From: Octopus vulgaris
Lineage: Eukaryota
NCBI GenBank assembly: GCA_951406725.2
Contig: OX597820.1
Location: forward strand, 99,510,001-99,574,000
Length of the DNA stretch: 64,000 nt
Direction of reading: 5' to 3'
Shown here in pieces: positions 50,046 through 63,232 of this stretch. Numbering within the stretch: position 1 is the first letter of the stretch; each line of letters opens with the position of its first letter. The translations under genes were made by a program, and so were the position numbers. Under the pieces are notes generated by a model. It saw only the letters and a list, made by a program, of their open reading frames with translations. It was not told where the DNA came from and did not search any database.

Positions 50046-50673
50046 AGTACTTCTCCAACATTTTAAACTATCGTCTTCTCTCCCTTTTTTAACTGACACA
50101 CTTTCAACGCCCTTTTGTGCTACGATATACACCTACCGTCATTTTTAATGTTCGTACACATAATATCAGGCCCGAGTGATTTAATTCTGAATACTACATT
50201 GATGTGGGTGACTACTTACCACAACTCCACCTTACTATAAGTATATCCTGTAAGTGAACGCCATAAACATAGGAAGTAGGGTATAAAGGGAAAGTTTACG
50301 AAAATAAACAAAAGACGAAGGCAGGTGTAGTACAAACAAACAAACAAATGTATTAGTATAGCGCTCAGGAATAGAAAAAGTCTTTTGCGTTTCGAACCTA
50401 CGCTCTTCGACAGAAAAATACACAGAAAAAAACAAGGAGAGAAAAAAATGCGTGTAGTAGCTAACGATCTGTCATGGCGTCCAGTAGGGTATAAGATGTT
50501 TTGGCATAGCTGTTTTACACAGCTGTTTTGGCGTCGCCTCATTGGCGTCGCAAATTCGACATTGATTTATTTGATATTAGGCGTTTTAATGGTTCTCTTG
50601 TCCTCTTCGCCTCTCTGTTTATGTGTATGAGTGCTAATGTCAACCTTGTTTAATAAATTATAATGTGTGTCTG

Positions 50674-50756
<83 letters not shown>

Positions 50757-50816
50757 GTCTGTCTGTCTCTTTGTGTATATTTCTACGCGCATGCGTTTGT
50801 GTGTGTGTGTGTGTGT
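50674..50816. repeat. (TCTA)n and (TG)n microsatellites
   Basis: Direct inspection. Confidence 0.95.
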
Positions 50817-51947
50817 TTGCCGCCAGTGCCAAAAATATACTGTCGCCAAAGCAGGTGGAATGTTCAATCAACCGTCCCAAATCGTCAGCGCAGCATCCAT
50901 ACATCCACTCTCAATCCTTTCATTCCTCTTCCTCTGCCTTCTCGTCCTCTTCCTTCTTGTCCTGTTCCCCTTCTCCTCCTAACCACCACCACCACCACAT
51001 CATCATCATGATCATCGTCAATTGCTATTTTCCTTCTATGTCTATTTATCCTGATTCTATTTCGCCTATTTCTGTCCCTTCTACCTCTCTTTTTACTTCA
51101 GTTTCTATTTTTATATCTTTTTATTCAATGTGTTTCTTCCTTCTTCCTATTTTCCTCTTCTGTTTCCATATCGTCCTCTTCTATTTCTATTACGTGCTCT
51201 TCTCCCGTCTCTATTCTATTTCTCTGTGTTATCCATATTTCTTCTTCCATCACCCTCATTAATTTTGTATTACTTCATCCACTTCTCTATTTTCTATTTC
51301 TATCTATACTTCGTCCGTTTCTATATAAACTTCCATCTTGTTTACAGAGGTTAGACGTCTGTAGTATCAAAGGAATCAGATTAGTTAATAATTATGTTTG
51401 CGTGTTTGAGTTTATTAGGAATCGAGATATTGTGCAGTGAGAATGGGACTTAGGAAGAGTGCATTTTCGTTTGAATTAATACAAATATTGAAGAGGTCAA
51501 CCAATATAAATGTAGTAGTATTTGGTGTGAATTAATTCATATAGAAAGTAACAAAAATATTCACTAATGATGAGTTAAATTTATGAACATGTATGAGATT
51601 TTAAATGTTTTCCGGTGAGAATGGAGTTTGTGGAGGTTAAATTTTCGATAGTATCAACGCATTTAAAGAAAACCTCCACTATAAGAAAGAATCAATGTAA
51701 ATGAAGTATTTGGTGTCGTTATACAATATATAGAATCAGCAACATGATTTACTACTAATAAGGCTTTAGACTAATAATAGTCTAATTTATTAATCATGTT
51801 TGCAAGCTTAGGTTAACTGGAAATTTGAATGTTTTAAGTGAGATCGGAAACCGGACGCATTGCCTTTTCGTTCGCTTCAGTCTATCTAGAGAAGAACTTC
51901 ACTTTAAAAGGGAGTTAATACAAATGTAGACTTTATGTTGTCAGTCA

Positions 51948-52342
51948 TCTTTATATATAAAAGTAAGGTTGTGTGTCTGTCTACTCTGATTTAGATTCCT
52001 AACTACTCCCACATTTTGCGGTGCAATTTAACCAAAACCGGGTATCTTATAGTCGTGATTCATATCGAGCCCTTCTGGGTATTAGCGCGCGTCTACGATG
52101 AGTCTACGATTTTAAAAATAATTTACCATAATGTTTTTCCATTTTAATGCATATTTTTTAAATATAAGGGAAGTAACTCTCTAAAAATGTCTACGATGAG
52201 TCAACGATTTAAAAAAAAAAATTACCATCATATTTTTTCCATTTTTAATGCATTTTTTTGCTACTTTTTTGCTATAACTCTCTAAAAATGCTTTATAGTT
52301 ATTTCCCTTACAAACCCGAGCAACGCCGGGCGATACTGCTAG
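51948..52342 (+). mobile_element. Non-autonomous Helitron
   Basis: A|TCtttatatataa ... hairpin cccgagcaacgccggg ... CTAG|T; internal duplication of gtctacgatgagtc..cgattt. Confidence 0.85.
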
Positions 52343-53220
52343 TATTACATAAAAACAGGACTCTTTTCTTGTATAGTGTCAGATTTATTAAATATATTTG
52401 CATGTTGGAGTTGATTAGGAATTGGGATATATTTCAGTAAGAATGGAACTTGCGTAGGTAACGCTTTCGTTTGTGTCAGTTGATATGTAAAAGAGCTCGA
52501 TATTGAATGGTAGCTAATGTAAATGCATTTGGAGTCATTAAACAATTTATAGAACACAGAAAAATCATTTAATGATGTGAGGCTGCTAATAGTCAAATTT
52601 ATTAATCATGTGTGCATGCTTGGGCAGACTGGGAAATTTGTAAGTTTTTCAGTGAGAAGGGAAATTGGATACTTTGCATTTTCATTCGTTTCAATGCAAA
52701 TACAGTGTTTAGTGTTGCAAATCAAATTATATAACTAAAAACAAACAAGCAAAACAAGTGATGTTATGACTCTCTACCGTCAGTAGGACTAAATTTATTA
52801 AATATTTCTGCATGGCTGAGTTGATTGGTAATTAAGAATTTTTTTTACAAAGAATGAAAATCGAGTAGGTTGCGTTTTCGTTTGTATCAATTTATATATA
52901 AAAGAGCTTGACATTAAATGGCAGCAAATGTGGTGTTATCAATCAATTTAAAGGAAAAACTACATTAAGTGTTAATAGGACTATATTAACATACATATTA
53001 TTAGTTGCGTCAAATCTAACAGTGATATTAGCATGTTTGGTTCGACTGGAAATCGGGGCGCTTTTGAGTAAGCATAGAAACTGGATTGGTTGTTATATTT
53101 TGTATGCATTGCTATATGTAAAATCCTCAACTTAATTGGTAGCTTATATAGATATAACATTTGGTGTCATTAATCAATTTGCAGGAAGCAAAAGGCATTT
53201 GGTGATGGTCTAACCATATA

Positions 53221-53452
53221 TATTTCTTTACTACCCACAAGGGGCTAAACATAGAGGGGACAAACAAGGACAGACAAAGGGACTAAGTCGATTATATCGA
53301 CCCCAGTGCGTAACTGGTACTTATTTAATCGACCCCGAAAGGATGAAAGGCAAAGTCGACCTCGGCGGAATTTGAACTCAGAACGTAACGGCAAACGAAA
53401 TACCGCTAAGCATTTCGCCCGACGTGCTAACGTGTCTGCCAGCTCGCCGCCT
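53221..53452 (-). mobile_element. SINE family A
   Basis: Full-length copy close to the apparent family consensus. Confidence 0.9.
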
Positions 53453-53633
53453 TTATAGCATTCCTAGTGTTAAATTTCATTATCATGTCTGCATATTTGA
53501 GTTGGTTGAGAATTGGGATGTTTGTCAGTTAGTAGAGAACTTTGTAGGCTTCATTTTCGATTCTTTCAGTACACGTAGAGAAGGGTTCCGCTTTAGAAGT
53601 CGACAAATAGAAAAGCGTTTAGTGTTGATAATT

Positions 53634-54028
53634 ACTCTCTCTTTACTCTTTTACTTGTTTCAGTCATTTGACTGTGGCCATGCTGGAGCACCGCCTTTAA
53701 TCGAGCTACTCGACCCCGGGACTTATTCTTGTGTAAGCCCAGTACTTATTCTATCGGTCTCTTTTGCAGAACTGCTAAGTAACGGGGACATAAACACACC
53801 AGCATCGGTTATCAAACAATGCTAGGGGGACAAACACAAACACACGCATATATATACATATATACTACGGGCTTCTTTCAGTTTCCGTCTACCAAATCCA
53901 CTCACAAGACATTGGTCGGCCCGAGGCTATAGTAGAAGACACTTGCCCAAGGTGCCACGCAGTGGGACTGAACCCGGAACCATGTGGCTGGTAAACAAGC
54001 TACTTACCACACAACCATTCCTGCGCCT
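53634..54028 (-). mobile_element. SINE family B
   Basis: Full-length copy. Confidence 0.85.
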
Positions 54029-55099
54029 TAGTGTATAGAAAACAGTAAAACATTTACTGATAATGGGAAGCTATAAAAATAGAGACAAATTTATTAATCA
54101 TGCCCGCATGTTTGATTTGACGTGTGAATTGTGATGTTTTTCAGCGGAAAACATTTATGGATAGTAGTACAGTATATTCTTTGTAAAGTCAAATTTATCG
54201 ACATGTTGACTGAGATCAGTAAAAATGGAACTTGCATCTTCGTTTGTATTAGTGTGTTTAAAAAGACTCCGACTATAAACAAGGGCCAATATAACCATAG
54301 TATTTGGCATCGTTAATCAATTTACAGAAAACAGCCATTCCTAAATACCTCAAATATGCAAATATAATTAATAGATTGGCGACAGAAAGGAGACAACGTC
54401 CTATTTTCTGAAGCGATTTCCTTGTCAAATATAATCAATGCTACACAAATTTTCTATTTGGCATGACCTATCACCTCTGTATGGTGACCCCCGCTGTTTC
54501 TGTTTAACTAGTTCTAGTTCTTACACAATTCTCTTGAAATTTTTCCGTATCAGAAAGGACGTGTTCATTTTCCAACAACCATATTTCTCTTTCGATTGGT
54601 TTGGCCTAAGTTGAGCATGCACGTCATGAATATGTTCCGTGTAGCCAGCTACCCGAAACTCTGTTCAACTAAAATGGAAATCTAATCAGTTTGTGCTGAT
54701 TCAAATACGATCTAAATAACTCTAAATACGACCCGGACTAACATAAATATAATCTTGATGACTCGGTACGATTTGTCCAATTCCACATGGCACATTTACA
54801 AAATCAACGCAAAACCTGTCAAGTAGCTGGAAGTGCTTTAGATAGTTTGCGAGGCTTTTGCACTTCCTTCTCCTAATGGATACTTCACACAGACCCTGAG
54901 TACATCCAAAATGTCATTCTAATCATCCACCAACGCTAACGAGTGAGATGTTCCTGTGAATGTCTCTTGGCATCGGAAGACATCCTGCCTGCTTTCTCCT
55001 GCTGGAGCGTAAATGGTCACTTTTTGTCTCTGTATTGGTATATTCTTGAGTGTTTACTTTGTCATCCTTGGAGCCTTTTCAGATACTTATAAATATTTT

Positions 55100-56560
55100 T
55101 CTGCGTTTGATTTCCGGTGCGCTGGTGTAACTTCCAGTGTATATAGGCTCCAAATCTGGTATGCCTTGTGGAAGTACTCTTTCTCGGCTAAGATTGGATA
55201 GCCAGAGGCAATATGGTACAATATGGTCAATTATTTCTTCCTTGTCTCCGTATATTTTGCAGTAAATGTATTCTTTATTAACTGCTTTTGGTGGTTTCTT
55301 GTGATGAGCCTTTGATTTTGTGCCGCAGTCAAAAGCTTTTCAGCCCCAAATTCTTCAGCGAAAAATTCTTCAGTCTGAGCATTGATCCCCATGCTTATCA
55401 GCCAGTGTTGCGATTTTTCCTTGTCTACTTTTATTCTTCATTTTTCTTTTGAGGCATTGGCTATGTAGGGACTTTTCTTGCCATTGTTCTTTCATGGCAT
55501 TCTGTAGCCATGTTATTAGTTCAGATTTTATCCTTTTCACAAGTTTTGCTGTTGATTCTCCTTTTTTCTTCATGACTATTTGATTGTAGCCTCTATTCTG
55601 AGTTTGTTGATTTCCTTCAAGACTAAAAACAGCTTTTTTTTTGCCTTAATGATGTTTATTTTCCATGTTTCTTTATAGATATTTTTAAAGTCCTACAGTG
55701 GATATTTTATACTAGATTTCTAGTTGCATAAGATCCCTATTACCCTGTATTCGTGGGAAATACAATCTTTCTATATCGAATTTCACATGGTATATCAAAA
55801 ATGCGGTCATTATTTTATTGATTTTCTGTCTCGTCTTGTCAGTTCGTTTAGCATTTGATTGAAAATATAACTCTAACTTATTACTGTGATAGCTAGAGTA
55901 TTGGTTCTTATTACTTTTTTTTTTAAGAATTTAACTCTGTTTTAATTATTAATCTAATGCATCTATAACATTCCTTCCTAATCGTTTGTGTAATTCATTA
56001 CGCTGTAATTCATTGATTCCTGACTATTTATACAACTGTATTTGCTCTAATTCTCCTATCTCAGTTTCTTTATCTAACATGTGATTAGTGCATTTAATTC
56101 ATTTCCCTCTCTTCAAGGTTGCTTTGGTGCATTTTTCTAATCTGAATCTTGCATAAATTCCTCTGGTAAATCTACGTGCTGTTTGTGTTTCCAGTTCTTT
56201 ATCATTTGCAGTAAAGAACTTGATGTCATCCATTCAGAAAAGACGGTCGATTGCATTAGCATAGCATTTGTATTCTTCTCCAGTTCTGTTTAACATGTCA
56301 ATAAAAGGCGTCAATAACTGGTACTTATCCTCGATTCACGTGTTGGGAATACCCTTAAGAGCCTTCTGGTAGTCAATACATGCCATGTATAGACACCACT
56401 TTCTCTTTCTGCAGTTTTAGTTATGGCATTATTGATCAGTAATTAAGCCCGACAGTAATATGAGTCTTCGCAGCACCCTCTTCTTCTCTTCTAAAAACAA
56501 CTTACATTTTTACTGGTGTTTATTTACACCCAACTATATTATTGCAGTTTAGGAGTCTTT
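55100..56560 (-). mobile_element. Decayed R4/Dong-like non-LTR retrotransposon; may continue past the mariner to ~57950
   Basis: Minus-strand remnants LLINNAI, ACIDYQKA, LF.MDDIKFF, KEQWQEKSLHSQ and IDHIASGYPILAEKEY (zinc-knuckle region). Confidence 0.65.
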
Positions 56561-56581
56561 AGGTTCTAGTAAAGAAGATTA

Positions 56582-57424
56582 CGAAGGGTACCCAAAAGTA
56601 ACCGTAAACGTTCTCTGTGAGACAAGCCCGTTGTAGTTCGGGCTTCCGCCGCTAAAAGCCACTTGATGCGACACTCAAACATCAGTCTGCCGACCGACGT
56701 TGTTCAGTGGGATCGTACTGCCACATGCTGCGTATTTCTTTTGCAATGCTTCTCATTGATTTTTGCAATGGCTAAAACGAAGTAATAGCGTGCTTCCGTG
56801 AAATTCTGTTTTCTACTGGGGAAAACAGTGGCCGAAACTGTTGTCATGTTTCAAACAGCTTACAAAGATCACTGCCCTGAGCAAAATACAAATTTACGAG
56901 TAGTTTTCACGCTTTAGAAATGGTCACTTGTCGCTTGAAGACTAACCTCGTGCTTGAAGACTAACCGTCGACCTCCCGAACGAATGAAAACTCATGAACT
57001 GATTTTGAACAATTGACGAACTTGTTGATATGACTAGTGTGTCCTGGAACTCCTGCCAACGAATTTTGAGCGAGGAATTGGGAATGAAAAGAGTTGTAGC
57101 AAAATTTGTGCCACGCTTGCTCACGGAAGATCAAAAGCAGTCATGACTGAATGCGTGCAGTGAAGTTGATCCGGACTTTTTTTCCGAAGGTCATCACTAG
57201 TGCTACGGAATTTGCAGATGTGAAAGCGATGACGAAAAAAAAAAGACGGAAACAGGCATCACTTCGCATGAGTTAAAGCATTGCTTCGAGCAGTGGAAAA
57301 CGCGTCTTGACCTATGCATTGCTTCAAATGGAGAATACTTTGAAGGCGATAAAAGTATAAACATGTTAAACTAAGTGAATAAAATAAGATTAAGAAATTC
57401 CGGTTTCTTTTGGATATCCCTTCG
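56582..57424 (+). mobile_element. Internally deleted mariner transposon
   Basis: TA-flanked TIRs cgaagggtacccaaaagtaaccg / cggtttcttttggatatcccttcg. N-terminus VKFCFLLGKTVAET, AKFVPRLLTEDQK; C-terminus CFEQWKTRLDLCIASNGEYFEGD. Confidence 0.85.
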
Positions 57425-57981
57425 TATAGGTATTTAGTTGCTTGGATTTGTTGTTTCTTTTAGTCTTGGAAAACAAAATATAGTTTTCTTTTTACTGAGC
57501 AAGTCAGGTACTGCCATTGGCTGCATCAGTATCTATTTAAACTCCTCTGCTAGCACCTCATGTATCACTGTGAACTATTTTAAACAGAACTTTAGAAACT
57601 TAACATATCTAAGTATCTTCCAGTTGCTTTTCTTTTGTAGAAGTGTCATTGTACTTTTCGTTTTCCGTCATTTGCTTGTGTGTTCATTATTATTTTGTTT
57701 GTAATTTTCTTTTTTGTTTGATAGCTACTTGCTTTGTTCATTGTCATTTCTATTGTGGGCGGTTCCTGAAAAAGAAGGAGCAGTTTTTGCCGTAAAATAG
57801 AAAATATACCTAAAAAACAAACACCACCTTGTTGTCTAACTCTTATATGGATTAGATAATCCATGTTCTTTAATTGTCCCCGCTTGAAATAACATCTGAT
57901 ATAGAAATTAATTTTTCCCGTTACATTTGACAAACATTGAGAACTATCGCAAAAGAGCATCCGAACTATTCTGCACCAACA

Positions 57982-58048
<67 letters not shown>

Positions 58049-58075
58049 GCTACTCCTCCTCCTCCTCCTCCTCCT
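57982..58075. repeat. (TAC)n/(CTC)n microsatellite next to a decayed SINE A (~58075-58247, -)
   Basis: Direct inspection. Confidence 0.85.
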
Positions 58076-58639
58076 TTCTACTATAGGCTCAAGTCCTGAA
58101 ATTTTAAGGAAGGGGTTAGTCGATTACATCGACCCCAGTGTTCAACTGGTACTCATTTTATCGACCCCAGCGGAACTTGAACTCAGAACATAAAGACAGA
58201 TGAAATGCCGCTATGCATTTTGTCCGGCACACTACCGATTCTGCCAATACGTGGGCGATTGCATTATTGCGGTGTGGTGCAGGTATTATAAATTTAAAAT
58301 TAGAGTAAAGAGGAATTACTGAGACAAGATTGAAAATCCAGAAAACTAAAGTTCTTCATGGCGGTGCCTCAGCGTTGCTGGAGTCTAATGACCGAAACAA
58401 GAAGAAAAAAAAAAGAACAACAATATTCTTTTGCTTTAGTTATTGCTTTGCATCCATGCGTCGGCATCACCTTGAAGGGTTTGGTCGTTGAGATTGACCC
58501 TGTACATTTTTTATGTTTGGTATTTATTTATCAGTTCCCTTTTTGGTCAAGCTGCAAAGTGACGGAGTTGCATTTCATGCAATTTGTTCAAATTAGCATA
58601 AAGCATATTTTAAATATATTTATTCGTTCAAAATATCAT

Positions 58640-59400
58640 TGCCAGTGTTAGCATTTTGATTCTTCGGGCTTTTCAGGAGAGAAAACTGTTTGGTGTACCG
58701 TTTCGACATTGTCCCTGCTTCTGAACGTTTTTTCACTGATAAAGTATTCAAGTGACCCGGAAAAGTGAAAATTTGATGGTTCTAGGTCTGATGAGTAGAG
58801 AAGTTGAGTTAGATCTTCTCAGCCTAATGAATTTATCTTTTCCTGGGTTATTTTCACTTGATGTGTCCTTGTATTATTGTGTATGAGGATACCTTTTCTT
58901 TTGACGAGAAATGGTTGACACGTTCAAGTTGTTGACAGTAATGTTCGGCGGTGATGCCTTTTGGCTCCGACAGTTCGAAGTGAACAATACCTATTGTATT
59001 CTACAATCGCACGGCAAAATTTTCCTTATGTGTAGATCTGGTTTTGAAGTAGTAACTGAATTTTCATTAAGCGATAGCCACTGCTTCCTATGATTATTGT
59101 TAGCATAAACTTTCTATTTCTTATCCGCTGTTACAATTCGATTAAGGAAAGGTGGCTGTTCATTCTTGATGAGAAAATTCTTGAACAAACTACGTTATTC
59201 TCAAATGACAGCTCACGAGGTATCCACATCTCTTCTCTATACCCTTTCCCAATCTGCTTGAGATGATCTTGCATAGTGAACTGATGCTTATGAAGCCTCC
59301 GAGATAAATCCCCGATGCTTGACGCGGATCGACTTCAATTGCCATTGTTTTGAAAATACATAACTTGTAGGTTAGAGAAGATAAAACGAGGCGGTAGTTT
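58640..59400 (-). mobile_element. Heavily decayed mariner transposase remnant
   Basis: Minus-strand LLYSSDLEPSNFHF (YSPDLAPSDFHLF) preceded by an HDNARPH-like remnant. Confidence 0.55.
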
Positions 59401-61899
59401 CAGATGAATCTGGGTATAATGAAATAACCTAAATAGATGTACACAATGAAAAGGTGAATAAATAAATAAATAAATATTAGTATCCCCAAAGCAATCAATG
59501 TAACAGATGAATGAAAAGCAGCAGGTAGAAACTGATCTGAACTCAAGAAGTAAACAATGAGACATATACGGCATTTGGAATATTCTTCACTGACCTTAGT
59601 GAAGGTTTGCATTATACTTGGCATAAGATTTATTTGTATCAATAGAATTTCTTATTCATTTCGCATTGTATTTATTATCGTATTTGAAGTATAACATTTC
59701 CTGGATAATATTCTTTATTTGAGTATTTGCTATATATTCCTTGCTGAATCCAGAGCTTCTTGGTTTTAAATTGCTGATGTGTTAACAGAGTTTCATTTCG
59801 TTGCTATAAAGTTCTATAGAACCTATTTTCTTTTAGCCAATATTGTTATGACTATATAAACACTTAGCTTGTTCAATCTGAGTACGAACATAAAAAAGGA
59901 GGAACAACTGTATGTGTATTTTCGATTCTTTTTAGCGTCTTCGTCAGAAACTGTATGGTACCTTTAAATAGTTGCAAACCTCTAATATTAGAAGTTAAAA
60001 AAAAACTGGCGACTGATTTGCATATTTGCTACTTTCGTGGTATCATGATAGAACATTAAATTACAGGTGTGTTAACACCTGTAACACACCTGTAATTTAA
60101 TGTTCGTTTCGTTGTGATATTGTACTACAGAATATATCTAAAGTATTTTTCTTTTTAGACAAGACTGCATATTGTGACGTTTGTAAATAATTCCCTTTAA
60201 AAATATTTATGTGGACATAAATAGGGGGAATAACTGTCTGTACATTTCGACTCATTTTAGAGATTCCGTCTACAGCTATGTATCACCTTTAAATATCCAC
60301 AAACATGTTCATATTAGAAGCTAAAGTAAATTGGATAGGTGACTTTGCATATTTAATACGTTCTTAGCAACTGTTAATTAAACTTGAACAAACTACATTA
60401 TCCTCAATAGAAAGCTCATGAGGTATCCACATCTCTTCTCTATACCCTTTCCCAATCTGTTAACAGTGTTTAATTTCGTTGGTTTTATCTTCTGGATGAT
60501 ATTTACTTGCTGAATGATATTAACTATTTGTGTCGATGGTTATCCTTGGCTAAATAAATACTGTAGTCTAGTCATTAGCGGTGACAATTTGCAACTAAGA
60601 TTCATATAAACTTGCTTGTTTACTCAGGTATCATATTTAATTGTTTATATTGCTATGAATGGTTCGGCTGGTGCAGTATTTCTTGACCTACTTTGTTGGG
60701 AGTGGAGCCTGGAAGTCTACAGTACAAAATTATAGTCCTTTGTTTACGGAAGACTAATGGCTTTTGGAAGGACCTTTGGCCTTGTGCCGGTCGAGAAGGG
60801 GTCAGAGAGATGTGAGGGCCGAGAAAGACAGAGTAAGGAATCTGAGGAGCCTGTCGTGAGAGAATGACAGTGACAGCGTCGATAAAGATAGGCACATAGG
60901 ACCAAGCGGGATAGAGAATTAGAGCTAAGAGAGGGATTGAGGGTAGTGACAGAGCAAGAGGTTTTTGACAGTCGGTATTTGGTCGTCAAGGCGAGCGGGT
61001 TGGAATTAAGCAGTCGGCGGTTTTGGAGTATTGGGACAGAGAGAGATATATGCAGAGGAATAGGCGGCTGATAGAGAGGAAGTACAATATGAGGCGTTGG
61101 CTAATATAAGGTACGTGAATTGTGTATTGATATGTGAAGAAAAAGAAGGAAAAGGAATCGATGTATCGAAATGTTGAAAAGAAATGTATAAAGACATTAT
61201 GTTAACGAAAAGAACAGTGCTAAAGAAATGAGACAGTGAAAAGAACAATGTGAAATGTGTAAAGACATTGTGTACAGTGTTGTGATTTGAACATTGTATA
61301 ATGAACATTGAACTGTTAGGCCTTTAATGTCCTTCGAACTGTATATGCCTTTAATGTGTTTTGAAATAGAACTGTGTCTCCGGACGTGTACTCTTTAATT
61401 GCTGTTGTTATTGAACTTGATGTGTTGTTACCGGACGGTTATATTGTATCTGCATGTTTAAATGCTTTGATCTGTGGTATACCTGTATGATGTATTGAGT
61501 TGTTACTTGCATGTCCTCTTTTAAATGTATCTGAAATGTATTTGTTGTTGTAACAATTGATTGTCATAAACTAGCGTTAAATGTAAGCCAATTGCCTTGC
61601 CTCTTTGTGTCTCTCTCGATTGCCTCTGTGCTGCTGCTGCTGTTGTTGTTGTATCTCTCTCTCCTCTCCGAGTTTCCGTGGCGAAAACATTCGCTGCATC
61701 GAACGGGCCTGTGTGAAGGATTCCGTAACAGTTTTCGGAGGTCCCCCCTCGTAACAATATTGATTCCATGATCAATATTTTGGTTCTATATGCTTTGGTT
61801 GCCTATTTGACGAATATAGTTTGGACTATTTTTGCTTTGTGCTTTGTAATATAGTGTGTTGTAATGATGCTTTTTCGTATGTGCATAATTAACCCCGAG

Positions 61900-62450
61900 A
61901 AGGCATGGTATTTGTTTGTTCAGTCGTTATAATTGAAGTGTGTTCAATGTTATAAATCCTCAAGATTAATTCAGTAGGCATTTTTATTAGAAGCAACAAA
62001 TCTTTTAAACGCTTGTCATTTCTTTTATTGAAAGTAGGAGTTTAGAACCTTGTCGAATGTCAAAATCTTCACCAATTAAGATAAAGTCAGGTTTGCACTG
62101 ATTGTGGAAGATAATTCCCAATAGAATTGCTCAGATTCTGCTACTGGGAGTTCGTTGTGTGGTTTGTAGCGGCAGAGAGTAGTAATTGCAAAGTTTCTAT
62201 GACACGTTCACTACATTTCACAATACTGATGCAGGTATCAAAGCGGGTTGGAAGAAAGAAGGGAACCTACATTTCTCACGTTCCTCTATATTGATAATTT
62301 TATAACAGTGTCTCCTGCATAAGTGACTCATCTGTTATATTTTAATGATCCTGTAAACGGCTGGATGCCAATGCTGTATATAAGCACGTCATATACAAGT
62401 TTTTCCTTCTTGGAAATTGTGGTTAATGTCCAGTTTTGAACATGCTGACA
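61900..62450 (-). mobile_element. LINE AP-endonuclease remnant
   Basis: Minus-strand ESEQFYWELSSTI, FILIGEDFDIRQG (GDFNxRxG) and NKRNDKRLKDL (NxNGxRL). Confidence 0.45.
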
Positions 62451-63191
62451 GTAATATGCTAGAAGAATATAATAGCACCAGATTTGCCTGTGTCAGGGTT
62501 GAACTGTTCGTGAGGATCTAGAAAACACCAATCATTCCTATTGGGAACCAATGTTGACTGAAGTGAGGACATCGACTCAAGAACTCTAACACTAGAATTG
62601 CTGTGTTGTGAACCAATCTTGTCTACTGAAAGCACAGCTCCTTCAGTTAACATTTTCTGCTAAATCTGGTTCCTTAGCCTTTGATGCACGTCATCCTTTT
62701 CCCAAGAAAACAGTTCTTTACTTGTTTAGCTGGTGTCTCATAACATTTAGACTTCCAGGTTAACACTGCATGACAGCAGTTACCATTTGATTGAAGCTTT
62801 TAACTGATTTCTGCTGAATCTAGGACTCTATATTAGGTTAAAGTGGTTTAGTAGTTTACACAGCAACCCTTTCAGTGGACGCTGTTCCAGGAAAGAACAA
62901 ACTCGGGCAAAATGTCAGTTAAAAGATAATTCCATTCTTTCCAATATCTAGGGTTTTCCAAACTTAGGTCCTGACACCGGAGGCGAAATATAGACTGTAA
63001 AGGAGCTTCAAGATCACATTTACGGCACGTGCACTAGGATTCTCATGAGGGATCATGGCATGAGCAGACACTTTGAACTTATAAAAGGTGTTTTTTTTTC
63101 CTGATTTATATATATATATAATATTTTTTGAAATTTGATTTAGTATTTCTAAATTGAATTATTCCCTGTAGGTTTGGAATAATATTCCCTC

Positions 63192-63224
<33 letters not shown>

Positions 63225-63232
<8 letters not shown>

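Larger units (their letters stand above)
51380..54335. repeat. Old diverged tandem array of ~200-215-bp units (~10 units), interrupted by a Helitron and two SINEs
   Basis: Recurring aaatttattaa..tgcatg..gagtt..ttcagtgagaa..ttttcgtttg..tttggtgtc.ttaatcaattt starting near 51385, 51578, 51783, 52381, 52595, 52791, 53012, 53472, 54087 and 54191. Confidence 0.75.

Noticed and set aside
50380-50418. Hammerhead-like motif on the minus strand (ctgtcgaa-gagc-gtag-gttc-gaaacgca)
   Set aside because: Stem II and GAAA are present, but the core is not CUGANGA and there is no NUH triplet; at best a decayed Penelope-type remnant.
50663-51354. 199-aa ORF and neighbouring ORFs
   Set aside because: Translations of (TCTA)n, (TG)n and pyrimidine-rich low-complexity DNA.
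60650-61800. Possible retroelement 5' region or ORF1 on the minus strand
   Set aside because: Composition is suggestive, but I found no motif I could assign with confidence.
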